From: a virus
Lineage: Duplodnaviria > Heunggongvirae > Uroviricota > Caudoviricetes
Strand: one strand, 5' to 3'
Length of the DNA: 9,788 nucleotides
IMG/VR virus record: IMGVR_UViG_2693429554_000021
Coordinates: 1-9,788 of that record
A program made the position numbers and the translations under genes. Shown here one piece after another: positions 7,711 to 9,788 of this stretch. The notes under the pieces are model-generated. The model was not told where the DNA came from. It worked only from the letters and a program-made list of their open reading frames with translations, and did not search any database. The stretch's first letter is position 1, and every line of letters begins with the position of its first letter.

Positions 7711-7928
7711 TTCGAACCTCTCTGTTTACTGATAAGCTCCAGATCTTCCTGGCAACTTGCACAAGTCCGACAACCCTGAACGGCCAGACGTCTTCGTTCA
7801 TCTATCGGATCGCCACACTCACAACAATGAGTGGCAGATATAGCCTGGTGGTTCAGGCGGCGCATTTTTATTGCTGTGTTGCGCTGTAATTCTTCAATTT
7901 CTGATGCTGAATCAATGATGTCTGCCAT
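7707..7928 (-). CDS. TraR/DksA-family C4 zinc-finger protein, 73 aa
   Basis: C-x2-C-x17-C-x2-C motif (CCEC...GCRTCASC) and overall similarity to F-plasmid TraR (...CEACGNPIPEARRK...C.EC). Confidence 0.8.
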   Translation of the reverse strand: MADIIDSASEIEELQRNTAIKMRRLNHQAISATHCCECGDPIDERRRLAVQGCRTCASCQEDLELISKQRGSK

Positions 7929-7983
7929 CTTTCATTAATCCCTGAATTGTTGGTTAATACGCTTGAGGGTGAATGCGAATAAT

Positions 7984-8004
7984 AAAAAAGGAGCCTGTAG
8001 CTCC
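7984..8004 (-). terminator. Candidate intrinsic terminator inside the early-left operon, between the orf61-like and TraR-like genes
   Basis: On the minus strand: GGAGC-TACAG-GCTCC followed by TTTTTT. Short 5-bp stem. Confidence 0.4.
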
Positions 8005-8026
8005 ATGATGATTTTGTTTTTCATGC

Positions 8027-8242
8027 TCACCGTTCCTTAAAGACGCCGTTTAACATGCCGATCGCCAGGCTTAAATGAGTCGGTGTGAATCCCATCAGCG
8101 TTACCGTTTCGCGGTGCTTCTTCAGTACGCTACGGCAAATGTCATCGACGTTTTTATCCGGAAACTGCTGTCTGGCTTTTTTGATTTCATAATTAGCCAG
8201 ATGGGCAATGCTGCGAAGGGCGTTTTCTTGCTGAGGTGTCAT
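8027..8242 (-). CDS. Lambda orf61-like small protein, 71 aa from the MTPQQ start
   Basis: MTPQQENALRSIAHLANYEIKKARQQFPDKNVDDICRSVLKK...; the ATG at 8242 overlaps the stop of the upstream small ORF (ATGA). The ORF-track start at 8308 is less likely. Confidence 0.55.
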   Translation of the reverse strand: MTPQQENALRSIAHLANYEIKKARQQFPDKNVDDICRSVLKKHRETVTLMGFTPTHLSLAIGMLNGVFKER

Positions 8243-8322
8243 TGAACAAGTCCCATGTCGGCAAGCATAAGCACACAGAATATGAAGACCGCTGCCAGAA
8301 AAATGCATTCAGTGGTTGTCAT
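8239..8322 (-). CDS. Possible 27-aa hydrophobic peptide, translationally coupled on both sides
   Basis: Hand translation gives MTTTECIFLAAVFIFCVLMLADMGLVQ; its ATG overlaps the orf63 stop (ATGA at 8319-8322) and its TGA overlaps the orf61-like ATG (ATGA at 8239-8242). No strong Shine-Dalgarno. Confidence 0.25.
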   Translation of the reverse strand: MTTTECIFLAAVFIFCVLMLADMGLVQ

Positions 8323-8510
8323 ACCTGGTCTCTCTCATCTGCTTCTGCTTTCGCCACCATCATTTCCAGCTTTTGTGAAAGGGATGCGGCTAACGTATGA
8401 AATTCTTCGTCTGTTTCTACTGGTATTGGCACAAACCTGACTCCAATTTGAGCGAGGCTATGTGCCATCTCGATACTCGTTCTTAACTCAACGGGAGATG
8501 CTTTGTGCAT
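8319..8510 (-). CDS. Lambda orf63-like protein, 63 aa
   Basis: [63 protein letters not shown]; same size and position relative to exo as lambda orf63. Confidence 0.65.
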   Translation of the reverse strand: MHKASPVELRTSIEMAHSLAQIGVRFVPIPVETDEEFHTLAASLSQKLEMMVAKAEADERDQV

Positions 8511-8665
8511 ACAGCTCCCCGTTTATTATTTATCTCCTCAGCCAGCCGCTGTGCTTTCAGGGGATTTCGGATAACAGAAAGGCCGGGAAATACCCAGCCT
8601 CGCTTTGTAACGGAGTAGACGAAAGTGATCGCGCCTACCCGGATATTATCGTGAGGATGCTTCAT
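8483..8665 (-). CDS. Lambda orf60a-like protein, 60 aa
   Basis: [60 protein letters not shown]; the ATG at 8665 forms an ATGA overlap with the exo stop, as in lambda. The ORF-track start at 8671 is two codons upstream. Confidence 0.65.
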   Translation of the reverse strand: MKHPHDNIRVGAITFVYSVTKRGWVFPGLSVIRNPLKAQRLAEEINNKRGAVCTKHLPLS

Positions 8666-9342
8666 CGCCATTGCTCCCCAAATACAAAACCAATTTCAGC
8701 CAGTGCCTCGTCCATTTTTTCGATGAACTCCGGCACCATCTCGTCAAAACTCGCCATGTACTTTTCATCCCGCTCAACCACGACATAATGCAGTCCTTCA
8801 CGCTTCATACGCGGGTCATAGTTGGCAAAGTACCAGGCATCTTTTCGCGTCACCCACATGCTGTACTGCACCTGGGCCATGTAAGCCGACTTTATGGCCT
8901 CGAAACCACCGAGCCGGAACTTCATGAAATCCCGGGAGGTAAACGGGCATTTCAGCTCAAGGCCATTGCCGTCACTGCATAAACCATCGGGAGAGCAGGC
9001 GGTGCGCATACTTTCGTCGCGATAGATGATCGGGGATTCAGTAACATTCACGCCGGAAGTGAATTCAAACAGAGTTCTGGCGTCGTTCTCGTACTGTTTT
9101 CCCCAGGCCAGCGCCTTAGCATTAACTTCCGGAGCCACACCGGTGCAAACCTCAGCCAGCAGGGTGTGGAAGTAGGACATTTTCATGTCAGGCCACTTCT
9201 TTCCTGATCGGGGCTTTGCTATCACGTTATGAACTTCTGAAGCGGTGATGACGCCGAGCCGTAATTTGTGCCATGCATCATCCCCCTGTTCGACAGCTCT
9301 CACGTCGATCCCGGTACGCTGCAGGATAATGTCCGGTGTCAT
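8662..9342 (-). CDS. exo: Lambda exonuclease (Red-alpha), 226 aa
   Basis: [65 protein letters not shown]... is near-identical to lambda Exo as I recall it; ATGA overlap with the bet stop. Confidence 0.95.
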   Translation of the reverse strand: MTPDIILQRTGIDVRAVEQGDDAWHKLRLGVITASEVHNVIAKPRSGKKWPDMKMSYFHTLLAEVCTGVAPEVNAKALAWGKQYENDARTLFEFTSGVNVTESPIIYRDESMRTACSPDGLCSDGNGLELKCPFTSRDFMKFRLGGFEAIKSAYMAQVQYSMWVTRKDAWYFANYDPRMKREGLHYVVVERDEKYMASFDEMVPEFIEKMDEALAEIGFVFGEQWR

Positions 9343-9788
9343 GCTGCCACCTTCTGCTCAGTGGCTTTCTGTTTCAGGAATCCAAGAGCTTTCACTGCTT
9401 CGGCCTGTGTCAGTTCTGACGATGCGCGAATGTCGCGGCGAAATATCTGGGAACAGAGCGGCAATAAGTCGTCATCCCATGTTTTATCCAGGGCGATCAG
9501 CAGAGTGTTAATCTCCTGCATGGTTTCATCGTTAACCGGAGTGATGTCGCGTTCCGGCTGACGTTCCGCAGTGTATGCAGTATTTTCGACAATGCGCTCG
9601 GCTTCATCCTTGTCATAGATACCAGCAAATCCGAAGGCCAGACGGGCACACTGAATCATGGCTTTATGCCGCAACATTCGTTTGGGATGCGACTGCCACG
9701 GTCCGGTGATTTCTCTGCCTTCGCGGGTTTTGAATGGTTCGCGGCGGCATTCATCCATCCATTCGGTAACGCAGATCGGATGATTACG
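9339..9788 (-). CDS. bet: Lambda Bet (Red-beta) single-strand annealing protein, C-terminal 149 codons; N-terminus lies beyond the window edge
   Basis: ...[68 protein letters not shown]...KATEQKVAA matches the lambda Bet C-terminus; the frame is open to the window end. Confidence 0.95.
   Translation of the reverse strand, partial: RNHPICVTEWMDECRREPFKTREGREITGPWQSHPKRMLRHKAMIQCARLAFGFAGIYDKDEAERIVENTAYTAERQPERDITPVNDETMQEINTLLIALDKTWDDDLLPLCSQIFRRDIRASSELTQAEAVKALGFLKQKATEQKVAA

Noticed and set aside
7932-8024. 30-codon minus-strand ORF between the orf61-like and TraR-like genes
   Set aside because: It overlaps the terminator-like hairpin, has no Shine-Dalgarno and no ATGA coupling; most likely non-coding.
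8671-9561. Plus-strand ORFs 8671-8982, 9245-9511 and 9268-9561 antisense to exo and bet
   Set aside because: They are antisense to near-canonical lambda exo and bet; spurious.

Overview
The window reads as an Escherichia-type chromosome at the smpB-ssrA locus, followed by a mosaic integrated element. Left to right: smpB (1-483); ssrA/tmRNA (698-1060), whose tag frame reads ANDESYALAA; a P4-type tyrosine integrase (IntA-like, 1264-2454) whose 3' end is interrupted by an IS911-like IS3-family element (2439-3689; orfA intact, orfB frameshifted at a 20-bp perfect palindrome); an AT-rich cargo segment on the minus strand with a 114-aa hypothetical gene, a possible 55-aa ORF and three hairpin/U-tract structures; a PACE-family small efflux protein (4524-4982, minus) divergent from a LysR-type regulator (5086-5970, plus); then a lambda-like early-left operon on the minus strand (bet partial, exo, orf60a/orf63/orf61-like, TraR/DksA-like zinc finger, Ea22-like, a small Cys-rich protein, and a MazG-like/DUF551-like fusion) that ends at 6172 with no xis/int. 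The best candidate for an undescribed system is the minus-strand 55-aa/114-aa cassette at 3842-4451, which I could not assign to any family. All protein identifications come from reading the translations and recalling family features; no database search was run, and all coordinates were counted by hand.
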